DNA from: a virus
Virus record (IMG/VR): IMGVR_UViG_3300031669_000001
Span: 1 to 64,000 of that record
Direction: 5' to 3' (one strand)
DNA length: 64,000 nucleotides
Notes under the pieces: model-generated
What the model saw: the letters and a program-made list of their open reading frames with translations, nothing else
What the model was told of the DNA's origin: nothing
Database searches by the model: none
Made by a program: the position numbers and the translations under genes
Shown here: piece by piece, positions 34,517-43,424 of the stretch
Layout of the letters: each line of letters begins with the position of its first letter
Numbering within the stretch: position 1 is the stretch's first letter

Positions 34517-35012
34517 AGCAGTTGTCTCTCAACAAATCATGAAGCTCGTTGAGGGTTTCAAATTGTTCGCTTGGTGTGAAATCAGGAAAAACGAGTTGCC
34601 AGCGATCTTCGATGTAATTCACTTCAAGCGTTGCACCGCTGTCGAGCAAATGAATGACGCTACCTGGGTAAATAGAATCTGGTAAGTTCTTGACTCGCAT
34701 CTTGTCAAGAGCTTCTTGGATGTCCTGAGAAGTGAGATCGAGTTTTTCAACTCCATAGTTTATACCACAGCTGCTTAATGGACGCTTCCACTGTGCCTTG
34801 AGAGCGAGCCAACGGGCTGTTAGATAAGCATTGCGCAAACCTTCAACTCGTTTCGACGCTACCACATTGTGGTAGATTCCCCAATAACCGCTAACAATGA
34901 TGGCGTTTGCACGCCACATTCCAGGCTTATCTTCGATGGGCATCTTTGCCTCAAATTCAGGACAGTATTTGCGCATCAACCACATTTGAAGTTTGTTCAT
35001 GTTACCGTTCAT
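34506..35012 (-). CDS. hypothetical protein
   Basis: 168-aa ORF with an AAGGAGG SD. Confidence 0.65.
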   Translation of the reverse strand: MNGNMNKLQMWLMRKYCPEFEAKMPIEDKPGMWRANAIIVSGYWGIYHNVVASKRVEGLRNAYLTARWLALKAQWKRPLSSCGINYGVEKLDLTSQDIQEALDKMRVKNLPDSIYPGSVIHLLDSGATLEVNYIEDRWQLVFPDFTPSEQFETLNELHDLLRDNCYAR

Positions 35013-35026
35013 TCTTCCTCCTTGAA

Positions 35027-35050
35027 GAGCCTGTAGAATTCTACAGGCTC
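35027..35050 (-). terminator. hairpin / possible terminator
   Basis: GAGCCTGTAG-aatt-CTACAGGCTC directly after gene 35059..35691. The T-tract on the minus strand is weak. Confidence 0.4.
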
Positions 35051-35058
35051 GATTTTGA

Positions 35059-35691
35059 TTAAACCAGCAGAGTTTTGACGTTGGTCAGGATGGTGGAGAT
35101 GTCGGTTGTTTCCAGTTTCGGTTTGAACGCGATCACGGTGATAGCTTCGATGATTTCGCGAGGAGCTTTTGAAGAGAACGCTTTGTCCATCGTTGTATCA
35201 CCAACAACGTTCTTCGATTTTTCTTCTTGAACCACGATGAAGTCAGCAGGAACGAACTTGGAGATAGCTTCGGAAACCTTGGAAAGCAGAGCATCGTCAG
35301 AAGCGTAGGCTGGGTTGATGCCGAACAGCTTTTGAACTGCAACAGCTTTTTCGACAGGGAGGTCATACTTTTCGAACAGAGCCACTTCTTCATCGGAAAG
35401 AGCAGAAGCTGTAGAACGCTTGCGCATTTCCACTGAGGCGGATGCATTACCTTCAACGCCGCGGAAGTTGTCAGGACGCTTTGCAGTAGCTTGAGCGATA
35501 TCGAAGAAGTGATCGAATGCTTCAGCTTTGACTGTTGATTCGAGGGTACCTTTTGCAGCTGTAAGAGCCTTGATCAACGCATCGATTTCAGCGAGTTGCT
35601 TCAAACCGTTAATTGCAACTTCATCCTTGGCGGATTTCTTTGCTGCAGGTTTTGCCGCTACTGCTTTAGGATTTGCGAAGAGATTTGCCAT
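35059..35691 (-). CDS. hypothetical Ala/Lys-rich protein (monocistronic early unit)
   Basis: 210-aa ORF with its own promoter and a downstream hairpin. Confidence 0.7.
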   Translation of the reverse strand: MANLFANPKAVAAKPAAKKSAKDEVAINGLKQLAEIDALIKALTAAKGTLESTVKAEAFDHFFDIAQATAKRPDNFRGVEGNASASVEMRKRSTASALSDEEVALFEKYDLPVEKAVAVQKLFGINPAYASDDALLSKVSEAISKFVPADFIVVQEEKSKNVVGDTTMDKAFSSKAPREIIEAITVIAFKPKLETTDISTILTNVKTLLV

Positions 35692-35724
35692 GATCGTGTT
35701 TCCTTATTGATTTATGATAGTGAA

Positions 35725-35752
35725 ATTATATCATAGTGAACCAAAAAGTACA
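35725..35752 (-). promoter_or_regulatory. early sigma70-like phage promoter
   Basis: -35 TGTACT, 16-nt spacer, -10 TATAAT. Confidence 0.7.
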
Positions 35753-35814
35753 CACATTTGTGATGTTTTTACAAACTATTTGCGCTATTATTATAGACTG
35801 GACTGAAGAACCGC

Positions 35815-36513
35815 TCAGATTCCTAATGCCAGAGCTATTTCCCGAACGTTCTTTACAACCTCAGGGGACCGCTCTAACTTCTCAGACCAGTATGTGATGC
35901 CAATGTTCTTCATCAAGGCAGCCCTTTCACTCTCATGAAGAGTACCTATCCAATCTTTGAAGCTCCTGGAGCAGAATAGAAGCCATGGAGATAGACGACG
36001 CTGTTGGATGAGTTCAGTTATCTCTCCGCTAGTGAACTTTGAGAACACCTCAGAAGGTTGAACTTCAAGACCCTCAGATAGCGCCAAGATGGTCTCAATA
36101 GCAATGTTAACCTGCTCGTAAGGATCTGACTTCTTGTCACTGTACTCGAGGAAGATTTGATAGGCTTCATTCCGCTTCCATAGAGAAGGAGCTATCTTCT
36201 GAGCCAACATTAACTCGATATACTTCTGAGGATCTGGGATGCCTGTCTCACGACACCATTCAGCAAATTTGAAGAATGAGGTATAGTAAGAAGATGAGAT
36301 GAAGCCTTCAGCTGCTGGAGGTTTTCTACGCTGCTTCTCCAACCAAACTTTGTACAGCCCATAAGCTTGTTGTCCTATCACGGTTTGTATCTCACGAGAG
36401 CGAACCATCGAGGTACACTCATGCTTCATGAACGTTCGTTCATTGAAGAACTTCTTTTTGCAAAACTTACAATCGTATAGGGGTATGCTACTCATTTTGG
36501 TCGTCAGGATCAT
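35815..36513 (-). CDS. C2H2-like zinc-finger protein
   Basis: YDCKFCKKKFFNERTFMKHEC. The start may be 36495. Confidence 0.6.
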   Translation of the reverse strand: MILTTKMSSIPLYDCKFCKKKFFNERTFMKHECTSMVRSREIQTVIGQQAYGLYKVWLEKQRRKPPAAEGFISSSYYTSFFKFAEWCRETGIPDPQKYIELMLAQKIAPSLWKRNEAYQIFLEYSDKKSDPYEQVNIAIETILALSEGLEVQPSEVFSKFTSGEITELIQQRRLSPWLLFCSRSFKDWIGTLHESERAALMKNIGITYWSEKLERSPEVVKNVREIALALGI

Positions 36514-36676
36514 TATTTGGGATTATATCGAGACACCAGCTCTCAAAATTATTTAGGACATTTGAATAACCATCTGCCATGTCAGTAATGAATTGAGTGA
36601 CAGTTGCAATTATAGCAACAATCAAAAGAGATATGGCTAGGAATGGAAAGGCTACCCAGAATAGTTTACGTTTCAT
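36488..36676 (-). CDS. small membrane protein
   Basis: 62 aa with an N-terminal TM helix. Confidence 0.5.
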   Translation of the reverse strand: MKRKLFWVAFPFLAISLLIVAIIATVTQFITDMADGYSNVLNNFESWCLDIIPNNDPDDQNE

Positions 36677-36685
36677 GTCATATTA

Positions 36686-37096
36686 TTATCGAGATGGAAC
36701 GGGAAGAAACTGCCAATATGCAGGCAGAAGGGAATTTTCTTTTGCATCCCTTACCAGAAACTTAGAGTGAACCGTACCAGGGGAGAAGAATTCTTTAACG
36801 CAGTCTTCTGCAACATTAGGATCAAAGTACTTACAGCTGAAGACGTCGATGTAAGCTTCTCTGGAAATTTCCATGAAGTGACCTGTGATGTTGCTAGTGG
36901 AGATCAGTTGAACTAAACTGTAACCAACCTTTGGATCACCTTCACACATCATCACGATGGTAGGTTCTCCAACAGCAACCATGTCAATTCGCTTAACAAG
37001 TTCCTTTACAAAGTTGTAAATGTTATCGTAGCTGGAAATTTTTTCAAGATTGCAATCACCGCAGTCCAAAAGTATGTGCCATCCAAAAGTTTTCAT
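36686..37096 (-). CDS. S-adenosylmethionine decarboxylase-like pyruvoyl enzyme (SpeH/SpeD class 1 fold)
   Basis: MKTFGWHILLDCGDC, LISTSNITGH (position of the ES self-cleavage site plus the downstream His), IDVFSCKYFDPNVA. Confidence 0.6.
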   Translation of the reverse strand: MKTFGWHILLDCGDCNLEKISSYDNIYNFVKELVKRIDMVAVGEPTIVMMCEGDPKVGYSLVQLISTSNITGHFMEISREAYIDVFSCKYFDPNVAEDCVKEFFSPGTVHSKFLVRDAKENSLLPAYWQFLPVPSR

Positions 37097-37692
37097 AAAA
37101 TGCTCCTCTGCCTAGGTTTACAGTTGACACCATGCCAACGGTTAAAATTTGCTTGTCCGCCAATACTTTTAAGACATTTTGGACAAATTATTTTCTTTTT
37201 TGGTTTACTCAAGTTTGCTTTATGTTCATTTGATTTAGGAATTCCTTTACATGTTACTAAAGTTCCATCTTTACTCTTGCGTAAACGTGTTTCACTTATC
37301 TTCTTACCTACTCCAGGTCTTTTCTTACCTAAAAGTTGATTTAATCTTTTTCTTTGATGTTCATTCGTTTGAATTTTTCCAAGCGCATGACCAGGTTTAA
37401 AATCTCCACCATCTAAACCATTTTCAGGTATTAGATTCAACCAACGATCAGATTTAACAATATCTTGTTGTTGTGAAAAGAGGAATGCTATTCGTGTGCA
37501 TTCATCTTTGTCAGTGAACAATTTATACCACAAAGTTTCAACATGCTCAACACCATGACGTTTTATATGACGTCTCCAATGAATACCAGATCCTAAATAT
37601 TTGATAGGATTTTTTCCTGTGGTCTTACCAAAGTAACATTTGCCAGTAATGGCATGTTGCTTTATGTAGAGATAAGTCGCTGGAAACAGAAT
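37093..37692 (-). CDS. GIY-YIG-like homing endonuclease lacking a canonical start codon
   Basis: The frame is open from directly after the CYTH TAA (ILFPATYLYIKQH...CYFGKT...). There is no in-frame ATG, GTG or TTG before 37533. Paralog of 27128..27667. Confidence 0.5.
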   Translation of the reverse strand: MLFPATYLYIKQHAITGKCYFGKTTGKNPIKYLGSGIHWRRHIKRHGVEHVETLWYKLFTDKDECTRIAFLFSQQQDIVKSDRWLNLIPENGLDGGDFKPGHALGKIQTNEHQRKRLNQLLGKKRPGVGKKISETRLRKSKDGTLVTCKGIPKSNEHKANLSKPKKKIICPKCLKSIGGQANFNRWHGVNCKPRQRSIL

Positions 37693-38214
37693 TTATTTTC
37701 CTAGTACGTTCGGGTCAAACTCAAACGGCCAAGGACACTTTGATAGACTTGCATTGCTGTATCGATGGTCGTTGCTAACTTCACCAGCGATCCACATCGG
37801 AAGGATTACTTCCTGATCTTCAGAAGCCAACTCTATCTCAGCGATGATCAAGCCTTTGTTGTTGGTCCTGAATCGATCTACTTCCCAAAGCTGTCCATGT
37901 TGATCAGGGATGATGTGACGAACCTTCTCGATGATCTTTCCTTCATTACAGAAGTTAGTTAGCAGCGCGCTGGCTACATCAAAGTCAATTTGAGTCTCAA
38001 TCTCAACACGCTTGATCCCAACTGATTTCCCCTTGACGGTAAGGAAAGCGTAGATGTCGTTGTCTCCAGTAAGCTCTTCAACAAGACGAACTCTGATCGT
38101 CTTCGCTGGATCAGTAGACAAGAAGCCTTGCGTGATCTTCTCGATCCTAATTGCTTCAGCCCATGGAACATCAGACGTAGTCAAGAACTTTCTTTCTATC
38201 TCAAACATTTGCAT
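37693..38214 (-). CDS. CYTH-domain triphosphate tunnel metalloenzyme
   Basis: N-terminal FEIERKFL (ExExK) and alternating charged beta-strand pattern. Confidence 0.7.
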   Translation of the reverse strand: MQMFEIERKFLTTSDVPWAEAIRIEKITQGFLSTDPAKTIRVRLVEELTGDNDIYAFLTVKGKSVGIKRVEIETQIDFDVASALLTNFCNEGKIIEKVRHIIPDQHGQLWEVDRFRTNNKGLIIAEIELASEDQEVILPMWIAGEVSNDHRYSNASLSKCPWPFEFDPNVLGK

Positions 38215-38611
38215 CTCCTAATAACCACACGTAAGTCGGTCTCAAGTTCTCAACAAACTTGTACACCTGCTTGTTTGACGGGTCAAATAACTCTTCACCA
38301 TCCCAATAAATCATGTGCTCTCCACCCCCATAATTCAAACTTACAACTTGAATGAGAGCCTTGCGTTTCCAGATTAGAGCTTGCACATATTTCTTGTCAA
38401 GATTTTGTGTCCATATAGACAGCGCATTTTGACCTTCAATGAAACCTGCCATCTTCAAAGCTTCTTTCAGCGTGCTGTCGTAGCAACCTTTGGCGAGTTC
38501 TATCTTCTTACGGAATGCAGGCTTGAACATTGAACTGTAAGGTCTTCCCGTCGCCATTGCAAGTGATGCCAATACACAATCAGATTCACCTTTCTGCTTT
38601 ACAATCTTCAT
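38201..38611 (-). CDS. C39-like papain-fold cysteine peptidase
   Basis: GESDCVLASLAMATG (catalytic Cys context) and GGEHMIYWDG..DPS (His/Asp). Confidence 0.5.
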   Translation of the reverse strand: MKIVKQKGESDCVLASLAMATGRPYSSMFKPAFRKKIELAKGCYDSTLKEALKMAGFIEGQNALSIWTQNLDKKYVQALIWKRKALIQVVSLNYGGGEHMIYWDGEELFDPSNKQVYKFVENLRPTYVWLLGDANV

Positions 38612-39003
38612 GCTAGTAACCTGTTCACCGCGATTTCTGCTTCTGCCATACTTTTTACCTGGACATCACTATGATGCAGCAGCCAAGGACTTAGTGGTTT
38701 CCCGCTGATGTCAATGACGACGACAGGTTTGCCGAGTGTATGTTTCGCATAGAAAACTTCCATTGAAGTTCCCACGGATGGCTTTTCATAAAACACAACG
38801 ATAAGATCGGAATTGTTGATGTCTTCGATATCTCCATCAACGATTTCTTTTGCTATGCCTGGCTCTAATTCCCTACCGCGATAATCACGATTCATTGGAT
38901 CTATACATTCATAGTTCCAAGTATTCTTGATAAGATCTCTCCAGTTTGTAGCTTCAAAATCAGTGCAACCGTTTATCGGACCGCATAAGTATATCTTCTT
39001 CAT
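38608..39003 (-). CDS. nucleoside 2-deoxyribosyltransferase-like protein
   Basis: KIYLCGPI ... SVGTSMEVFYA ... GKPVVVI. Confidence 0.6.
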   Translation of the reverse strand: MKKIYLCGPINGCTDFEATNWRDLIKNTWNYECIDPMNRDYRGRELEPGIAKEIVDGDIEDINNSDLIVVFYEKPSVGTSMEVFYAKHTLGKPVVVIDISGKPLSPWLLHHSDVQVKSMAEAEIAVNRLLA

Positions 39004-39467
39004 GATGTTACTTCCTTCTTCAATAGTTTAAGTTCATCTTTTTGGAGCCCGTGAGCCTCACCTAGTTCCATGATTTCATCTGCTGAGAACAATCTGACTG
39101 TGTCTTCTGCTTCCTTTAGAGACATGTGATAGTGTTCTGCTATCAACTCCACAGATTTCTTACTCTTCTTTGTTCCACCTGTCTTGTAGTTAATCCAAGT
39201 GTAGCGCTTCTTATCTCCAGATGAACACACTGTCAACAGCTTCAAGAATAGTTCCTTGTGTTCTGGTAAACTGAAGACCGCTAGGTTGACAACCTCATTC
39301 AAGAAGATTATCTGTCTTTGATCAGTAGTTCCAGCCATCCACCTCATGGTAACAAGTGGGGAAAACTCTTTCTTCTGATCATCGCTAAGCGAATCCCATA
39401 GCTTGTAGTTCTTCTTGTCAATTTCACCTAACAGCATGAAAATGTCAAGAGCTCTTTCTTTAACCAT
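39000..39467 (-). CDS. clamp-loader small subunit (T4 gp62-like)
   Basis: Position downstream of the gp44-like gene. Shows the by-eye gp62 pattern (GDKKRYTWINYK compared with RGKRYGKWAKL). Confidence 0.5.
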   Translation of the reverse strand: MVKERALDIFMLLGEIDKKNYKLWDSLSDDQKKEFSPLVTMRWMAGTTDQRQIIFLNEVVNLAVFSLPEHKELFLKLLTVCSSGDKKRYTWINYKTGGTKKSKKSVELIAEHYHMSLKEAEDTVRLFSADEIMELGEAHGLQKDELKLLKKEVTS

Positions 39468-39651
39468 CTATCTTGCACCTAACTTTTGCTACGCGAATAT
39501 CTCTGTGTAGATTCTCGATTCGTTCGAGCAGCTCAAGCTCACGAGACCTTGGAACCATCTCTATGTCGTCTGAGTGTTCACCGTTGGTCAACACATATTC
39601 ACCTTGTACTTCACGCACAAATATTTTATTCTTCATCATCATCATCGTCAT
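39460..39651 (-). CDS. hypothetical protein
   Basis: 63-aa ORF. Confidence 0.45.
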   Translation of the reverse strand: MTMMMMKNKIFVREVQGEYVLTNGEHSDDIEMVPRSRELELLERIENLHRDIRVAKVRCKIDG

Positions 39652-39713
39652 CTGGTCCCAAAAATAAAACTGCTGTTAAAAACATTGCTAGCACCCAAAA
39701 AGCTGGATTCACA

Positions 39714-40652
39714 TCATTCTCCTATTGCGTTGGACAACTTGATACATGTGGCTTCAAAGTTAAGGTGTGGAATCGCGACGAGCGCATGTTTGTAAACCCC
39801 ATCAAGAATGATACAGAGAGCTTGCTCATACGCATTTCTATCAGAGACGTACTTTGGGTGCTTGCCAATGTTGCGATATAAAAACTCGTAAACTTCAGTG
39901 ATCTGTTCTGCTGTACATTGCTCTGTTACGAGCTTGCGAATGTCTCTCAGCTTTCCTTCAAGGATGAAGTCGAGCAGCTTGAACTGATAGTCACCGCCTT
40001 CTGAATCATGAACTGGATTTCCAAGGACACCATTCGTCGTGTTCAACTGCATGTTGTTGATCATCTTGCGGATGTCTGGATAAGCCTGATCTACATACTT
40101 GTCGACTATCTCCGGATCAAATTCTACACCTTCGATTGTGAGAATTTCAAACATTCGCATGAGAACGTCATCACGACTTGGTGCCTTGAATCGCAGTTGC
40201 TGCATCCTTGATTTGATGGCGGGGATGATCTTATTTTCATAGTTGCAAGTGCAGATGAAGCGACATGTATCCGCGTTCTCTTCGAGGACTGCACGTAACA
40301 TGCCTTGAGCTGCTGGTGACATGTAGTCAAACTCTTCTAGCTTGACGACTTTGAACTTTCCAATAGGGTAGGTGCTTGCGAAGCTGAGGATTGTATCACG
40401 GATGTAATCAATGCCGGTTTTGTCAGACGCGTTGATCCGCATGACGTCAGCTTCATCGACACCCATCTCGTTGATTAGAATCTCTGCAAGAGTTGTCTTA
40501 CCTGAACCTTGAATGCCTGTTAAAAGCAGGTGAGGAATCTCACCGCTTCCAACTATACGTTCGATCTGTTCTTTTTGCTTGTCACTTTGAAAAACGTAAC
40601 CGCTTAATGTGCTTGGACGATGAGCTTCAAACCATAACTTTTTGACTGCCAT
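39714..40652 (-). CDS. clamp-loader ATPase (T4 gp44 / RFC small-subunit-like)
   Basis: LWFEAHRP, GIQGSGKTT Walker A, VKLEEFD Walker B, SRMQQLRF (SRC-type). Start at 40652 (GGAG SD). Confidence 0.85.
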   Translation of the reverse strand: MAVKKLWFEAHRPSTLSGYVFQSDKQKEQIERIVGSGEIPHLLLTGIQGSGKTTLAEILINEMGVDEADVMRINASDKTGIDYIRDTILSFASTYPIGKFKVVKLEEFDYMSPAAQGMLRAVLEENADTCRFICTCNYENKIIPAIKSRMQQLRFKAPSRDDVLMRMFEILTIEGVEFDPEIVDKYVDQAYPDIRKMINNMQLNTTNGVLGNPVHDSEGGDYQFKLLDFILEGKLRDIRKLVTEQCTAEQITEVYEFLYRNIGKHPKYVSDRNAYEQALCIILDGVYKHALVAIPHLNFEATCIKLSNAIGE

Positions 40653-40677
40653 ACTAAACTCCAATGATTAGATGGCT

Positions 40678-40706
40678 ATTATAATTCTATTGACGCTACA
40701 AGAACA
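40678..40706 (-). promoter_or_regulatory. early promoter (weaker -35)
   Basis: -35 TGTTCT, 17-nt spacer, -10 TATAAT. Confidence 0.45.
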
Positions 40707-42071
40707 TTATTGGTACAAAGATTTTTTGGTTGATGTAGATTCAGCGACAGAGAATAGAGCTTCTGGCATGTGAATCTTAATGTCCTCTAATGAGCTCTTG
40801 AGAGGTTGTTCTACTATCAAATCGGCTTGAGGAGAACCGGAATAATTGATATCGCCGTTGATTTCAGTAACAGGAATTGCTGGAGTGTAATCTTGAACCA
40901 TCTCTACTAAGACGCCTGCTGTATCTATTTCATACTCATCATCTTCAGGCTTCTCGCCAGTATCTATGTCGTCATAAACCAAAGACATCAATTCACGTTC
41001 TTCCTCTGTCAAAGGCTCTTCTTTAGGAGTTGGAATTTCAATAACGTGATCTGCCCAACCGATGGATTGTGGAGTTACCATCGTAACCTTTTCAGGTATT
41101 ACCTCGCCTTCGTCATCGACAGATACTACCTCAAATGGAAACTCTTCTTTGAATTCTGGACTGAGAGCTTCCGTAAATTCTTGTGCAACAACCTGCTCAG
41201 TCGGCGGTGGACTTTCTTCAGCTTCAGTTGGAATGTATATCTCACCTCGCTTTGAGATAATATCATCGTCATCTTTGTGCGACCATGAAGAATCTGGCAG
41301 CGGAAATTGAACGGGAGGTTCTTCATCGTTAGCCTCGTGTCTTAGCTTAACCAAGAAGTTACCAGCTAACAACAATCCCGTAGCCAATGGATCGAAGACG
41401 AAGATGAGGATCATGATGACCCACTTGCTCGCTTCTTCTATCGAGATGTTGAATGCTTTTGCGACGTAGATGATTGGGCCTGCGTGAACGTTCTGATCGA
41501 TGTTCTCGCTTTGAACTTTGAGAATATCAGCCGTCAACTCATCGTTGCGCTTGTTGATCGTGTTTAGACGAGATCTGATTCTCTCTTGTTCAGGTTTAAA
41601 GGAATAGATCAGACGCTGACGACCTCTAATGTAGTTGCTTGGAAGCTGCGCTACCTGCTTATCCATGTCAGCTTGTTCTGTCTTCAATGAATCTCTCTCA
41701 GCGATCAGAGATGCCTGTTCGTGTTGATAAGATTCTACCTTGAGAGTGACCTCCATGACAGGTTGAACAGCTTTTTGAAACGCTCCAGACAGATATCCAA
41801 ACGCACCAACCGACGTGATCGTCATGAGAACGATAACTGCTGCAAGCATGTAGTACTTGAACTTTGACTTAATTCGATTCCAATATTGATAGAGGAAAGA
41901 AACTGTAACGACCTTCGCGATGTCTAGGATCACCGCCATCGTAAGAATTACAGGATCACCTGCAAACAACGCCCCCAAGCCAAACACTGAGATGTAAGTC
42001 CCAATGGACTCCATCCCAAAAGCGTTTGCAAAAATCGTGAAGATGAAAAGTTTGCTAGGCTTGAGCTTCAT
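40707..42071 (-). CDS. membrane protein with coiled coil and acidic C-terminal region
   Basis: 454 aa with several N-terminal TM helices and an E/D/P-rich tail. Confidence 0.65.
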   Translation of the reverse strand: MKLKPSKLFIFTIFANAFGMESIGTYISVFGLGALFAGDPVILTMAVILDIAKVVTVSFLYQYWNRIKSKFKYYMLAAVIVLMTITSVGAFGYLSGAFQKAVQPVMEVTLKVESYQHEQASLIAERDSLKTEQADMDKQVAQLPSNYIRGRQRLIYSFKPEQERIRSRLNTINKRNDELTADILKVQSENIDQNVHAGPIIYVAKAFNISIEEASKWVIMILIFVFDPLATGLLLAGNFLVKLRHEANDEEPPVQFPLPDSSWSHKDDDDIISKRGEIYIPTEAEESPPPTEQVVAQEFTEALSPEFKEEFPFEVVSVDDEGEVIPEKVTMVTPQSIGWADHVIEIPTPKEEPLTEEERELMSLVYDDIDTGEKPEDDEYEIDTAGVLVEMVQDYTPAIPVTEINGDINYSGSPQADLIVEQPLKSSLEDIKIHMPEALFSVAESTSTKKSLYQ

Positions 42072-42385
42072 CAGTAAGTTTCACCAGGTTCATCGCTGAC
42101 ACCGATGATCTTGTCTTCATCAGTCTTCCAGTAACGAGCATCACCTATGTAAAAACCGAAGGTCCACTTACCAGGCTCGATCAGAATGAAGTCACCAACG
42201 TTTACCTCTGTAACATCTGGACCAACGAACAAGGCTTCACCCCAACGAGGCATCAGCGTTTGATTGCCGTCGCCTGATGTAACAAGGATTCCTGAAGCTG
42301 CTTTGTTTACGAATCGGGTTTGAGTGACATCTTCGGTGAACTTGAAGATGATGTTACTTTGGATCGCTTCTATCTGCTGTGTCAT
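42071..42385 (-). CDS. GroES/Cpn10-like co-chaperonin (T4 gp31 analogue)
   Basis: SGILVTSGD...GEALFVGPDV..VNVGDFILIE fits the Cpn10 pattern. Confidence 0.5.
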   Translation of the reverse strand: MTQQIEAIQSNIIFKFTEDVTQTRFVNKAASGILVTSGDGNQTLMPRWGEALFVGPDVTEVNVGDFILIEPGKWTFGFYIGDARYWKTDEDKIIGVSDEPGETY

Positions 42386-42800
42386 TTATTTCTTCTTTCG
42401 TATAGTTTGGTGTTGTGGGTAACGGGTTAACTGAGAGAATCGCGCTGTAAGAATCTTCAATTCCATTAGGGTGTAAGCCACAGGGTTCACGACGGTACGT
42501 TACATCCCAAGTTATAGATTCAACGTTGACAGTTTCAAAGGTATAAGGGTTAATAATGTCTCTGTATTCAGGCTTTTCATTTCTACGAGTTGCGATAAAT
42601 GTTGAAGTGCCGCGAGACATCTCGTCTCCACCTATAACTCTATGACAGATCACAGTGTGAACGGCTGGATCCTGATAAGCTCCATAGATGACTTCGCCTT
42701 CACATAAGTTAAACACTCTGACGCCAGGAATCGTGAGTTCAAGCTCATGTTTCCTTGAATTGATCTTCAATGTCTTATCTTTGTGTTTGAGCATCATCAT
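42354..42800 (-). CDS. hypothetical protein
   Basis: 148-aa ORF. Confidence 0.6.
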   Translation of the reverse strand: MMMLKHKDKTLKINSRKHELELTIPGVRVFNLCEGEVIYGAYQDPAVHTVICHRVIGGDEMSRGTSTFIATRRNEKPEYRDIINPYTFETVNVESITWDVTYRREPCGLHPNGIEDSYSAILSVNPLPTTPNYTKEEINDTADRSDPK

Positions 42801-42801
42801 G

Positions 42802-43062
42802 CTATTCCTGATAATAATCTTTGATCTCTTTAGTAGTCATAGGCTTTTTAGAGAAAACTATACCATGAGTATCTGAACCTTTTGTCATCGGTAAGTCATA
42901 CACAAAAAGTCCTAACTTCTTTAGAATTTTCTTCAGCTCTTTTGCAGTTTCATCGCTCAAATCCCGATGATCAGCCAAGAGCAATTGATGAGTAACTACT
43001 TCTTCTATCAAAAATGATTTGAATAGCATTTTATTTTTTTCCATAATGAGATGATCCGCCAA
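42802..43062 (-). CDS. hypothetical protein
   Basis: 86-aa ORF. Confidence 0.5.
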   Translation of the reverse strand: MADHLIMEKNKMLFKSFLIEEVVTHQLLLADHRDLSDETAKELKKILKKLGLFVYDLPMTKGSDTHGIVFSKKPMTTKEIKDYYQE

Positions 43063-43414
43063 TGCGAACGCCTAGAAACAGACCCATAGCTTTCCAGTGT
43101 GGAGTACCGGTTGCAATTGCAGCTTCTCTCAACACACAATCACACTTGTAGCGAGAAAATGGTGCTGTTGAATAGACGTAATCGTGCAGCGTTGCAGCTT
43201 CTGATGCGATGTCACCAAAGATGGAGAAAAATAGCGCGGGCCATCTTGGCACAGATGCGAAGTCTGTGACGTAACCAACAGGAACTGTAAGAGTACCAAC
43301 TCCCGTGATATCAGATTTATAAACGAGAGGCGCTGTCAACGACCATGTGCCACGACCTTGTGCTGCGCTTTGATCTACGAGTTCAACTTCTAACTTTGAT
43401 TGGAATGATGCCAT
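43031..43414 (-). CDS. DUF1353-like protein
   Basis: VPVGYVTDFASVPRW...LHDYVY. Start at 43414 (AAGGAGG SD). Confidence 0.5.
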   Translation of the reverse strand: MASFQSKLEVELVDQSAAQGRGTWSLTAPLVYKSDITGVGTLTVPVGYVTDFASVPRWPALFFSIFGDIASEAATLHDYVYSTAPFSRYKCDCVLREAAIATGTPHWKAMGLFLGVRIGGSSHYGKK

Positions 43415-43424
43415 GTTTTCCTCC

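Noticed and set aside
39473-39881. + strand ORFs with poly-Ser/poly-His runs near 39600.
   Set aside because: They mirror the ATGATGATGATG (MTMMMMK) start region of the minus-strand gene 39460..39651, so this is a codon-repeat artefact on the opposite strand.
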